The translations under genes and the position numbers were made by a program. A model generated the notes under the pieces. The model made no database searches, had not been told where the DNA came from, and saw nothing but the letters and a program-made list of their open reading frames with translations. 64,000 bases of DNA from Spirochaetota bacterium (GTDB lineage: Bacteria > Spirochaetota > UBA4802 > UBA5550): positions 3,629-67,628 of the forward strand of contig DAONFJ010000005.1 of NCBI GenBank assembly GCA_035403545.1, read 5' to 3'. Every line of letters starts with the position of its first letter. Position 1 is the stretch's first letter. Below, piece after piece: positions 1-8,368 of this stretch.

Positions 1-1
1 T

Positions 2-472
2 TTTCTCGGATATCCGGGAAGTGTACCTCTGATAAAAACTCACGAAATTGAAAATGCAGATACAGGATTCGGGTCATTTATCATGCTCGGTAAAGAAAAA
101 AAATTTAATGAGATTTTATATGAAACCAGAAGTAAGCTCGGACTGGATTTTATTCTTTATTCCGGTGATGAAGAGCAGGTTATCAGGTCAATAGCCTTTA
201 TTAACGGTTCGGGCGGAGGGTCTATTGAAAAGGTAATAAGCACTCATAAGCCGGATTGTATCATAACCGGGGATGTCAGTTACCATCATTCAAAGTATGC
301 AATAGACTGCGGGACTGCGGTAATTGATGCCGGCCATTTCGGAACCGAGTTTATTTTTAAAAAGTTGCTTGCTGAATCAGTTGATGAAGTTTTATATGAT
401 GAAAAGATCGGGATAATTATCTCGGAAGTAGAAAAAAATCCATTTAAAGTATATTATAAAAATGAAAAATGA
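2..472 (+). CDS. NIF3-family dinuclear-metal-centre protein (YbgI / GTP cyclohydrolase 1 type 2 homologue); C-terminal part, 5' end upstream of window
   Basis: The frame is open from nt 2 with no stop. The C-terminal motif block reads FINGSGGG...DCIITGDVSYHH...AVIDAGHFGTE, typical of NIF3. The stop overlaps the next gene's start. Confidence 0.7.
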   Translation, partial: FLGYPGSVPLIKTHEIENADTGFGSFIMLGKEKKFNEILYETRSKLGLDFILYSGDEEQVIRSIAFINGSGGGSIEKVISTHKPDCIITGDVSYHHSKYAIDCGTAVIDAGHFGTEFIFKKLLAESVDEVLYDEKIGIIISEVEKNPFKVYYKNEK

Positions 473-1157
473 AATCAGCATAATGATCGAACTCCAGCAT
501 TACTGGGATAATGTAACGAAATCTGAATCCGAAATTGATAGATGCAGAAAATCCATAAAAACATGGGAGAGCAGATTAAATGATATTTCAGTAAAAGTCT
601 CAGGTACAGAAGCAAAAGTAAAAACATTAAAAATAAATTTAAGAAAGAACGAACTTGATCTTGAAGAAATAGATTCAAAAATAAAAAAAGTGGAACAAAG
701 AAAAAATCAATTAAAATCAGAAAGAGAAATAGAAGCACAGAATAATGAGCTGATTATTCTAAATGATTCCAAAGATAAACTTGAAGGAGTTATTTTAGAA
801 TTCATGGATAACCTGGAAAAAGCGGAGCAGAATTTAAATGACTATAAAAATGAATTTACTGAGTCAGATAAACAGATAAAAACAGATATAGAAGGGCTTA
901 ATATTAAAATTAAAAATTATCAGGCGGAATCTGATCTTTTTAAAAATAAATTTAATGATCTGCTGCCGTCTCTTTCACCTGTAAATAAATCAAGATTTTC
1001 TAAACTGATAAGTTCCAAAGATGGAGTGGCAATTGCAAAATTAAATGGCGAAACCTGCACCCGCTGCAATTTCCAGGTACCGGCAGCCATAGCAGTATCC
1101 GCGGCAGGCCAAAAAAGTATTGAGGTTTGTACAAACTGCGGAAGATTTATTTACTGA
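462..1157 (+). CDS. Coiled-coil protein with C-terminal C4 zinc ribbon (COG1579 / HP0958-like)
   Basis: Long K/E/L-rich heptad-like body ending in CTRC-x21-CTNC. It sits immediately after NIF3, which is the conserved NIF3-COG1579 pairing. Confidence 0.65.
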   Translation: MKNEISIMIELQHYWDNVTKSESEIDRCRKSIKTWESRLNDISVKVSGTEAKVKTLKINLRKNELDLEEIDSKIKKVEQRKNQLKSEREIEAQNNELIILNDSKDKLEGVILEFMDNLEKAEQNLNDYKNEFTESDKQIKTDIEGLNIKIKNYQAESDLFKNKFNDLLPSLSPVNKSRFSKLISSKDGVAIAKLNGETCTRCNFQVPAAIAVSAAGQKSIEVCTNCGRFIY

Positions 1158-1182
1158 ATTATAAACTGGAGTGTGAAAAAAC

Positions 1183-1869
1183 ATGCTTTTAAGCATTGAC
1201 CGTGTATTACAATTGATTTCGGAAGGCAAAAATATTGATAAGATTGCCGAACTTGCTGAATGTAACTCGTCTGATGTCGTTTCATTGATTGAAGAAGCCC
1301 GTGAGCTCCTGTCCAAACATGAGAAGACTTTTTCAAAAAGAAAAGTAATTATCAAAAAAAAGAAACCTGAAAGTAGCGAGAATACTTCAAGTTCGGATCA
1401 GACTTATATTAAAGAAATATTAAACGGTGCAGAGCTTGCAGCTATTCCTGTTAACACGCCGCTTACAATGAATGTAGGAGGTGTAGCATCCGGAAATCCC
1501 GGCCATTCAGGGATAGGGATTATTATTTTTGATCAGGAAGATAGACAGGTCGGCAAAGTTTCGGATTACATAGGAAAAAGAAACAGTTCAGGCGCAGAGC
1601 ATGTCGTATTTCTGAGGGCCCTTAAACTTGCAGTTTATTTCCAGGTAAGTGAGTTGAAAATAAGAACAGACTCGGAAGCAATAGTAAGGCAATTAGCTGC
1701 AGATTTTAAAACTAAAGATTCAGATGTATTGAAATTTTTATCCGATGCAAATACCCTTATAAAAAAAATAAAGAAATTTAAAGTAGAACATATTGTAAAA
1801 AGTTCGAACGATAAAGCCATTTATCTTGCAACTAAAGCTTCTGAAAAGGTTCAGGACAAAAATAGATAA
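1183..1869 (+). CDS. HTH-domain protein fused to an RNase H-like (RVT_3 type) domain, probably catalytically degenerate
   Basis: The N-terminus (RVLQLISEGKNIDKIAELAECNSSDVVSLI) looks like a small HTH. The C-terminal half has SGNPGHSGIGIII, GAEH..FLRAL and IRTDSEAIVRQL, the RNase HI pattern. The first catalytic Asp position reads Gly (VGGVASGNPG). Confidence 0.55.
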   Translation: MLLSIDRVLQLISEGKNIDKIAELAECNSSDVVSLIEEARELLSKHEKTFSKRKVIIKKKKPESSENTSSSDQTYIKEILNGAELAAIPVNTPLTMNVGGVASGNPGHSGIGIIIFDQEDRQVGKVSDYIGKRNSSGAEHVVFLRALKLAVYFQVSELKIRTDSEAIVRQLAADFKTKDSDVLKFLSDANTLIKKIKKFKVEHIVKSSNDKAIYLATKASEKVQDKNR

Positions 1870-3933
1870 ATGAAAGCTGAATGGATTCTGCCGGATTTAA
1901 ACCTTCATGAAGTTGAATCAGTTTCAAAAAATACCGGTATAGATAAAAATATTATCTCAATTCTTTTTGCCCGGGGTTTAAAAAAAGAAGATGAAATTGT
2001 TCAGTTTCTTTTTCCCGAGCTGAATAATCTTCACAGTCCGTTTCTCCTTCATGGCATATATGAAGCTGTTAAACGATTAAAGGCCGCAATAGCCGCAGGA
2101 GAAAAAATAGCGATATTCGGCGATTCGGATTTAGACGGGATCACCTCATTGACAATAATCCATAGTATTTTAAGTAAATCAGGATGCTCTCCGATTATCA
2201 GGTATCCGAAAGCAAAAGAAAGCTACGGGCTTACATGCGACATAATAGATGAGTTTATCAGAGAACATATCACACTTGTTATCACGGTTGATTCGGGAAT
2301 AAGAGATGTAGACGAGATAAACTATGGTAAGAAAAACGGAATAGATTTCATCGTAACAGATCATCATGAGCCGGATATAACTCTTCCTGATGCAATAATT
2401 GTTAATCCAAAACAAAATGAGTGCGGATACCCGTTTAAGGAACTCGCGGGAGTCGGAGTGGCATTTAAATTTGTTCAGGCATTTCTTTATAGTTATACGT
2501 CCGGTTTTAATGTAAACTTCGTACTGATTTACAAAGACATTTCTTCTTATAAATTCAGGTTTGTGAAGAATGGAATTGCAGTTAGCAAAGTTGAGGCTGA
2601 TACAAATGACATCGCGGCAGTGCTGGCAAAGAATATTAATAAAAGCGATTGTATTGTATTTTTGAATAAAGAAAGTTTAACACTTGCTCCCATCATTAAG
2701 TCGCTGCACCCCGATATTTTAATGACGGATATTAAAAAGATTGCTTCATCTTTATACAATACTGAATATAAAGATCATGGAACGATGCTTAATAAACTCA
2801 CTGCAGATTTTAAAATAGATAAAAAAAATACATCGGATGAATTCAATCTTTATTTTAAATTGTTTATAGAACTGCAGTGGAGGAGCTCAAAAAAAATTTT
2901 AACCATTCTTCAGGAATTTGTAGTTCTTGTTACCATAGGCACTATTGCTGATATAATGCCTATGCACGGAGAAAACAGGCTGCTGATTAAATATGGATTA
3001 TCCATGATCAATAATGGCGAAGGCCATAAAGGCATTTTATCTCTCACTGGTAAAACGCGTACTACATCCAAATCTATAAGCTGGGATATTGCCCCTCTGT
3101 TAAATGCGCCGGGGCGAATGGGCGAGACCGATTTAACAGTAAATTTTTTCCTTGAGCAGGATAGTCTGAAAAATGCGGAGATCGTTACGGCGATTCAAAA
3201 AATAAATAGAGAAAGGAAAAGGATTGTTTTAGAAATAATAGAAAAAATAAAAAATGATGATTCAAAAACTACGTTGAATGAAAACATTTTTTTCTATATG
3301 CATGATGAAATCATAGATGGACTTGCCGGTCTAATTGCAAATAGACTTGCAGATGATTTGAAAAAACCGGCAATTATTGCAACAGGATCTGACAAAAATG
3401 GAATAGTAAAAGGTTCAGCAAGAAGCTCGGGCAATTTTGACTTTTTTAAATTTACCGCTCCAGTTACACATTTGTTTGAAAGAGTAGGGGGACACGCCCA
3501 GGCTTTCGGATTTACTGCCGAACTTGGTAACATTAAGGAAATTGTAAATACAATAAATAATTCAATTGCCGATAATTTTATTCCTGAAAAAACTGTTCAC
3601 ATAGATTTAGTTATTGAAATAAATGATATTAATTCACAATTTATAAAAAGTCTTTCTCTATTGGAACCTTTTGGAAAATGCAATGAAGAGCCTGTTTTTG
3701 CAGCAAAAGGAGTTAAAATAGAGGGATTCAGCTCCTTCGGTAATCAGGGAAATCATGGCAAGTTTGTCATCAACAGAACTCTTCAGGCTATAGGCTGGAA
3801 TATTTTCGAGAAAATGAATAGTTTTTATACTGCAAAAAAAGAAGTTGATCTTATTTTTAAACTGGAAAACAATGAATATCTGGGGAAGACATATCCCAGA
3901 ATGATACTTGTCGATATTGATTTTTCCGGTTAA
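1870..3933 (+). CDS. recJ: Single-stranded-DNA-specific exonuclease RecJ (DHH/DHHA1), with internal insertion
   Basis: DHH motifs are present: IFGDSDLDGITS, TVDSG, VTDHHEP, AGVGVAFK, IGTIADIMPMHGENR. The DHHA1 motif GGHAQAFGF is also present. The start ATG abuts the preceding stop (TAAATG). Confidence 0.85.
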   Translation: MKAEWILPDLNLHEVESVSKNTGIDKNIISILFARGLKKEDEIVQFLFPELNNLHSPFLLHGIYEAVKRLKAAIAAGEKIAIFGDSDLDGITSLTIIHSILSKSGCSPIIRYPKAKESYGLTCDIIDEFIREHITLVITVDSGIRDVDEINYGKKNGIDFIVTDHHEPDITLPDAIIVNPKQNECGYPFKELAGVGVAFKFVQAFLYSYTSGFNVNFVLIYKDISSYKFRFVKNGIAVSKVEADTNDIAAVLAKNINKSDCIVFLNKESLTLAPIIKSLHPDILMTDIKKIASSLYNTEYKDHGTMLNKLTADFKIDKKNTSDEFNLYFKLFIELQWRSSKKILTILQEFVVLVTIGTIADIMPMHGENRLLIKYGLSMINNGEGHKGILSLTGKTRTTSKSISWDIAPLLNAPGRMGETDLTVNFFLEQDSLKNAEIVTAIQKINRERKRIVLEIIEKIKNDDSKTTLNENIFFYMHDEIIDGLAGLIANRLADDLKKPAIIATGSDKNGIVKGSARSSGNFDFFKFTAPVTHLFERVGGHAQAFGFTAELGNIKEIVNTINNSIADNFIPEKTVHIDLVIEINDINSQFIKSLSLLEPFGKCNEEPVFAAKGVKIEGFSSFGNQGNHGKFVINRTLQAIGWNIFEKMNSFYTAKKEVDLIFKLENNEYLGKTYPRMILVDIDFSG

Positions 3934-4007
3934 TTTTAAAATATAGATTCAAAATTAATTTGACTTATTGATTATACATGGTACTTTAAATTTGATCATA
4001 GATTGTA

Positions 4008-4319
4008 TTGGATGAAAATATGGAAATTGATGTTCAAGAGCGTGATAATTCTGTTTTTTTAAAAGTTCATGGAGATATTGAGATGATGTCCATAAAAACT
4101 TTTAAACAGAAACTTTTTGAGATAGGTCAGAATACGGATAAAGATATTGAAATTGATCTTTCTGAAGTTGATTATATCGATTCTTCAGGTGTTGGAGTTC
4201 TTATAAGTCTTTTAAAACTCCAGAAGAAAAAGGGGAAAGAGCTTAACATCGAGAAAGTGAGTTCAAAAGTTCTTAATGTACTTAAATTAAGTTCTTTATC
4301 AGATGTTTTCAATCTTTAA
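4008..4319 (+). CDS. STAS-domain anti-sigma-factor antagonist (SpoIIAA-like)
   Basis: DYIDSSGVGVLISL phospho-serine motif and ~100 aa size. The listed start is TTG at 4008; an ATG at 4020 is an alternative. Confidence 0.7.
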   Translation: MDENMEIDVQERDNSVFLKVHGDIEMMSIKTFKQKLFEIGQNTDKDIEIDLSEVDYIDSSGVGVLISLLKLQKKKGKELNIEKVSSKVLNVLKLSSLSDVFNL

Positions 4320-4325
4320 CTTTAT

Positions 4326-4832
4326 ATGATTAATTATAGAATTGGAAATGGATTCGATGTCCATGCATTAGTGCATGGAAGAGCCCTCATCATCGGCGGA
4401 GTAAAAATTGATTATCCTCTAGGCCTCGATGGACATTCAGATGCTGATGTGCTGATTCATTCTATAATAGATTCTTTTTTAAGCCCAGCCAACATCGGAG
4501 ACATAGGTCAATTATTTCCTGATACCGATCCCGCTTATAAAAACATCAGCAGTTTAAACCTTTTAAAAGAAGTATGTTCGAAACTAACGGTTAATGGTTT
4601 TTCAATAATCAACACTGATTCAGTAGTAATTTGTGATAAACCTAAAATTTCACCATATATAAATGATATGAAAAAAAACATATCAGATGCAACGGGTGGA
4701 ATTCTCCTTCCGAATTCAATTGGAATTAAAGGTAAAACGACAGAAAAACTTGGATTTACCGGAAGAGGTGAAGGGATTGCGGTTTATACGGTGTCATTAT
4801 TATATTTTGATCCGGCTTTATGCGTTAATTGA
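4326..4832 (+). CDS. ispF: 2-C-methyl-D-erythritol 2,4-cyclodiphosphate synthase
   Basis: RIGNGFDVHAL...GHSDADVLIHSIIDS...DIG, the classic IspF metal and substrate motifs. Confidence 0.9.
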   Translation: MINYRIGNGFDVHALVHGRALIIGGVKIDYPLGLDGHSDADVLIHSIIDSFLSPANIGDIGQLFPDTDPAYKNISSLNLLKEVCSKLTVNGFSIINTDSVVICDKPKISPYINDMKKNISDATGGILLPNSIGIKGKTTEKLGFTGRGEGIAVYTVSLLYFDPALCVN

Positions 4833-4961
4833 TTAATGTTCTATGAGAGATCGATATTTGAAAATTTTTTAATGAGACATAATATGTCTTATCGGAAGTT
4901 GATTCTTTGCTCATTCGTTTAATAGATTAAGGCTCGAATCACAGGCAGGTCATTAAATTCT

Positions 4962-5384
4962 CTATAAAAAGTCATCCGGCAGTATAGTTTCCAGGTATTC
5001 ATCGGGATCAAGAAGATCATCAAGCATTGTAACATCTTCTACTTCTATTTTGAAAATCCACCCATCTCCATATGGATCACTATTTAAAAGCTCAGGTGAA
5101 TCTTCAAGAGCTCTGTTAATTTCAATAATCTTTCCGGTTACAATTGAATTGACATCTAGAGAATCTTTAGGTGATTCAATGATCGCAATTTTTTCGCCTT
5201 CCTCAATTTCGCTGTTTAATATATTATTAATAAATTCCACAAATGTTATTTCACCCAGGTTATTCTGAGCAAAATCTGTTATACCGCAGACTCCGGTAAT
5301 ATCATCTGTCATCTTCACCCATTGGTGGTTATCCTTATATTTTAAATCGTCTGGTACATTCATACCTTTTTCCGGATTTTTCAT
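4962..5384 (-). CDS. gcvH: Glycine-cleavage H-like lipoyl-carrier protein (orphan)
   Basis: GITDFAQNNLGEITFVE...IIESPKDSLDVNSIVTGKIIEIN...DPYGDGWIFKI. The lipoyl-Lys position is retained. The start overlaps the upstream TPR gene stop by 4 nt. Confidence 0.7.
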   Translation of the reverse strand: MKNPEKGMNVPDDLKYKDNHQWVKMTDDITGVCGITDFAQNNLGEITFVEFINNILNSEIEEGEKIAIIESPKDSLDVNSIVTGKIIEINRALEDSPELLNSDPYGDGWIFKIEVEDVTMLDDLLDPDEYLETILPDDFL

Positions 5385-8239
5385 AGGTTATCTCCTCCGT
5401 TCGAGTTTTTCAGCAGGTTAAAATATTCTAAAAGATTCTCGGCTTCTAATTTATATTTACTGTGAGTACTATCAGTAATAATTTCATTTAGATAATTAAA
5501 AGCATACTCCGTATTTTTCATTTCGTAATAAATTATCGCAAGTTCAATTTTGCTTTTATAAACGTAATCATTTTTATTATTTAGCTCAACTACTTTCAGG
5601 AAATACTTTATAGCACTATTCTTGTTTCTATTATATAGAAGACTCAATCGGCCTAAATAATAATTGATCTCGGTAATATATTCATTGTCTTTTAAAGATA
5701 ATTTATAGAAATAATTATATGATTTTTTGAAGTCACCTGTCTGATAAAACAACATACCTGATAAATAGTCTACATAGTTTTCATTATTCCTGTATGATTT
5801 TAATAAAGCAGCATACTTCGTAAATGAATTAACCTGTTTATTTTTAAAATGGTATGTGAGATTTAACAGTAAAACTTTTTCCGTAAACCTGGTCTTCAGT
5901 ATATAGTTGATTCTGGAATCAGTGATGTCTGCAGCAGTTTTTTCTTTTCCTATATAAAAATGATTCATAATTATTAATGAATCTCTTTCAGGCACATTGT
6001 CATTAAACTCGACCTGGTTCAGATAGTTAAGTGAAAGATCAAATTCCCCTGTTTCCATTTTCATTAACGCTAATTCAATTCTGACAGATTCCTTTATAAC
6101 TTCTGATGCATTTGAAGTAAGAATGGTGTTATATACATCCTCAGCTTTACTGTAATTTTTGCGTGCCTGATAAAAATTTCCGAGAATCAGCAATTGTTCA
6201 TTATGCAGACCCTCGCGATCTTTAAGTTTATCAATAAATTTTGTAGCAGTCTCTATATCTCCGGTTTTTATTGTGCTGTTGATAAGCATTTTCGCATCTT
6301 CATCTGTAAATGTTTTTATATCTTCCCATTTCAATATGTTGAATACTTCATCGTATTTTGATAACATATAAAGGGATCTTGCATGTATAAAAGGTATTTC
6401 TCTCCATTGGTTCTCATCAAGCGGAGGTATTTTAATATTTTTTATAATGCCGATAACTTTATTATATTCTTTTAAATAAAAATATGATTTCAGCAGATTA
6501 TAATAAGCGGTACCTCTTGATTCTTCGATATTGCTGTTAAGAAATTTTTCATAATAGATTATAGCTTTAGAATAGTTTTTATTTTCAAAATACTTATTCC
6601 CGTTAAGTATGTTTATCATTACAGAATAATTTGAATCCGGATAACGGTATTGCAGAATATTAAAATATTTTGCGGAAGATGCATTGTTCTTTTCAATCAA
6701 TGCGAGCGCCAATCTGTAGACTAGCCTGTCTACACCGGAATAATTCGGGAAAGTTGAAATCAGTAAATTTATTTCTTTTTCTGTATTTTTAATATCATCA
6801 GTTTCAAGGTATAGTTCAGTCAATTGCCTGTGAGCTTCAAAACTGTAGTTAATATCTTTGAATGAAACATATTTTTTTAATAATGAAATGGATTCATTAA
6901 TTTTACCTTTTTTATAACTTACAAGAGCAAGATAATAATCCGAATCATTTAAAAATTTTGAAAAAGGATTATTCTTTTTCAAATCATTAAAAATTAATGT
7001 TGCATTATCCACATCCCCTTTTTCCAGTAATATTCTTGCCTGAAGAAATTTTACTTCATCAATGTTCTGGTCATAGGGATATTTTTCCAGATAGACTGCC
7101 AGAATATTTTCAGCTTTGTCATAGTTCTCGTTTTTTATATATGCTTTGCTGATAGTTATTATTATTGTCTTTTTTAATTCTTCGTCATCGTATGAGTTGA
7201 ATTTTTCTAAATATCTTATAGATTTTTTAGGATCATTTTCAATATAATAATCAGCTAACAGAAGCGCACTCTTAACAGCAAGATCCAGTTTCTCCTGGCT
7301 TTCCCATACTTTATCAAGAATCTCAATCCCGCTTTCCGGTTTTGATGATTTAAGTAGAATCCTGCCATATTCATACAGGCCATCATAGTAAAAATCAGAT
7401 TTTTTTCCAATTATTGAAAAGAGATCAAAATCGGACTTTGCCTGATTTGCTTTATCTGTTTCCAGGTATGACAATGCGCGAAAATAGTACATATCATATA
7501 ATGGATAGGTTTCTGCGAGTTCTGCCGGTATTGCATTAAAAGTATTGAGCGCTTTTTTGTGATCGTTTTGAAGCTGGTAGATTCTGCCTATTATTAATCT
7601 TATCTCCCCTTTTTTCTTCGAATCAATTCTGGCACTCAACAATGGATTAAGCCTTTCAAGTGCATTTTCATATTTATCATTTTTGAAGAGCGCATGCCCT
7701 ATCTTTAATACAAGAGACGCATTCTGTTCTTTATCAGAACTCGTTCTGATTGCATTTTCCCATTCTATTATCGATTCCTCATACCGCTGCTGATTGTAAT
7801 AGATAGTTGCAATTCTATCATGAGCTGTAATGATAAGGTTTATATCATCTGCTTTTTCCAGAAATCGATTATATTCTTCTATAGCTTTCAGATTTTCATT
7901 CAGGTTAAAATACGATTCACCAATCCAGAAACGTGACTCAACCCTTAAATTTTCTGTTCTGCATTTTGTAAGGAAAGAATTAAATTCAAAAATAGCAGAT
8001 TTGTATTTGGCCTGCTGGTAAATGGTTCTTGCAAGAAAAAACCATGCCCTGTCCCTGAATTCGTCATTATTCTCTTCAGTTTTTCTGAATAGGAGTTCAG
8101 CAGATGCATAGTTTCCTGCCTTGAACGCTTCAAGGCCCTGATTGAAAATAAATCTTGATTCAGTAACTGAGAAACTATCCGTAGAAATAATTATAAGTGT
8201 AAGAATCAGATTTATAATAATAAATTTTCTATTTTTCAT
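5381..8239 (-). CDS. Large secreted tetratricopeptide-repeat protein (952 aa)
   Basis: N-terminal signal-like hydrophobic segment. It is followed by dozens of ~34-aa A/Y/F/L-periodic repeats (e.g. AxxxYxxAxxxF patterns). Confidence 0.55.
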   Translation of the reverse strand: MKNRKFIIINLILTLIIISTDSFSVTESRFIFNQGLEAFKAGNYASAELLFRKTEENNDEFRDRAWFFLARTIYQQAKYKSAIFEFNSFLTKCRTENLRVESRFWIGESYFNLNENLKAIEEYNRFLEKADDINLIITAHDRIATIYYNQQRYEESIIEWENAIRTSSDKEQNASLVLKIGHALFKNDKYENALERLNPLLSARIDSKKKGEIRLIIGRIYQLQNDHKKALNTFNAIPAELAETYPLYDMYYFRALSYLETDKANQAKSDFDLFSIIGKKSDFYYDGLYEYGRILLKSSKPESGIEILDKVWESQEKLDLAVKSALLLADYYIENDPKKSIRYLEKFNSYDDEELKKTIIITISKAYIKNENYDKAENILAVYLEKYPYDQNIDEVKFLQARILLEKGDVDNATLIFNDLKKNNPFSKFLNDSDYYLALVSYKKGKINESISLLKKYVSFKDINYSFEAHRQLTELYLETDDIKNTEKEINLLISTFPNYSGVDRLVYRLALALIEKNNASSAKYFNILQYRYPDSNYSVMINILNGNKYFENKNYSKAIIYYEKFLNSNIEESRGTAYYNLLKSYFYLKEYNKVIGIIKNIKIPPLDENQWREIPFIHARSLYMLSKYDEVFNILKWEDIKTFTDEDAKMLINSTIKTGDIETATKFIDKLKDREGLHNEQLLILGNFYQARKNYSKAEDVYNTILTSNASEVIKESVRIELALMKMETGEFDLSLNYLNQVEFNDNVPERDSLIIMNHFYIGKEKTAADITDSRINYILKTRFTEKVLLLNLTYHFKNKQVNSFTKYAALLKSYRNNENYVDYLSGMLFYQTGDFKKSYNYFYKLSLKDNEYITEINYYLGRLSLLYNRNKNSAIKYFLKVVELNNKNDYVYKSKIELAIIYYEMKNTEYAFNYLNEIITDSTHSKYKLEAENLLEYFNLLKNSNGGDNL

Positions 8240-8368
8240 TTTTTATTTCCGGTTAATTGAGATAAAGATTACTCTGCACATTCTCACGTGTAAAAGTCAG
8301 AATATATTCAGTTATTGTGAAAAAAATAATGGATAATATAGCCACAATATAAACAAAAATATATTATA

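Noticed and set aside
475-738. 87-aa antisense ORF (L/F-rich) inside the zinc-ribbon coiled-coil gene. Similar antisense ORFs occur at 1041-1355, 1635-1820 and 2179-2415.
   Set aside because: These are the low-complexity mirror image of K/E-rich AT-rich coding sequence. They lie entirely inside better-supported genes and have no RBS.
4886-4900. Short hairpin AGACAT-aat-ATGTCT between convergent ispF and gcvH, considered as a terminator.
   Set aside because: It is a 6-bp AT-rich stem with a 3-nt loop and a weak U-tract. That is too marginal to call.
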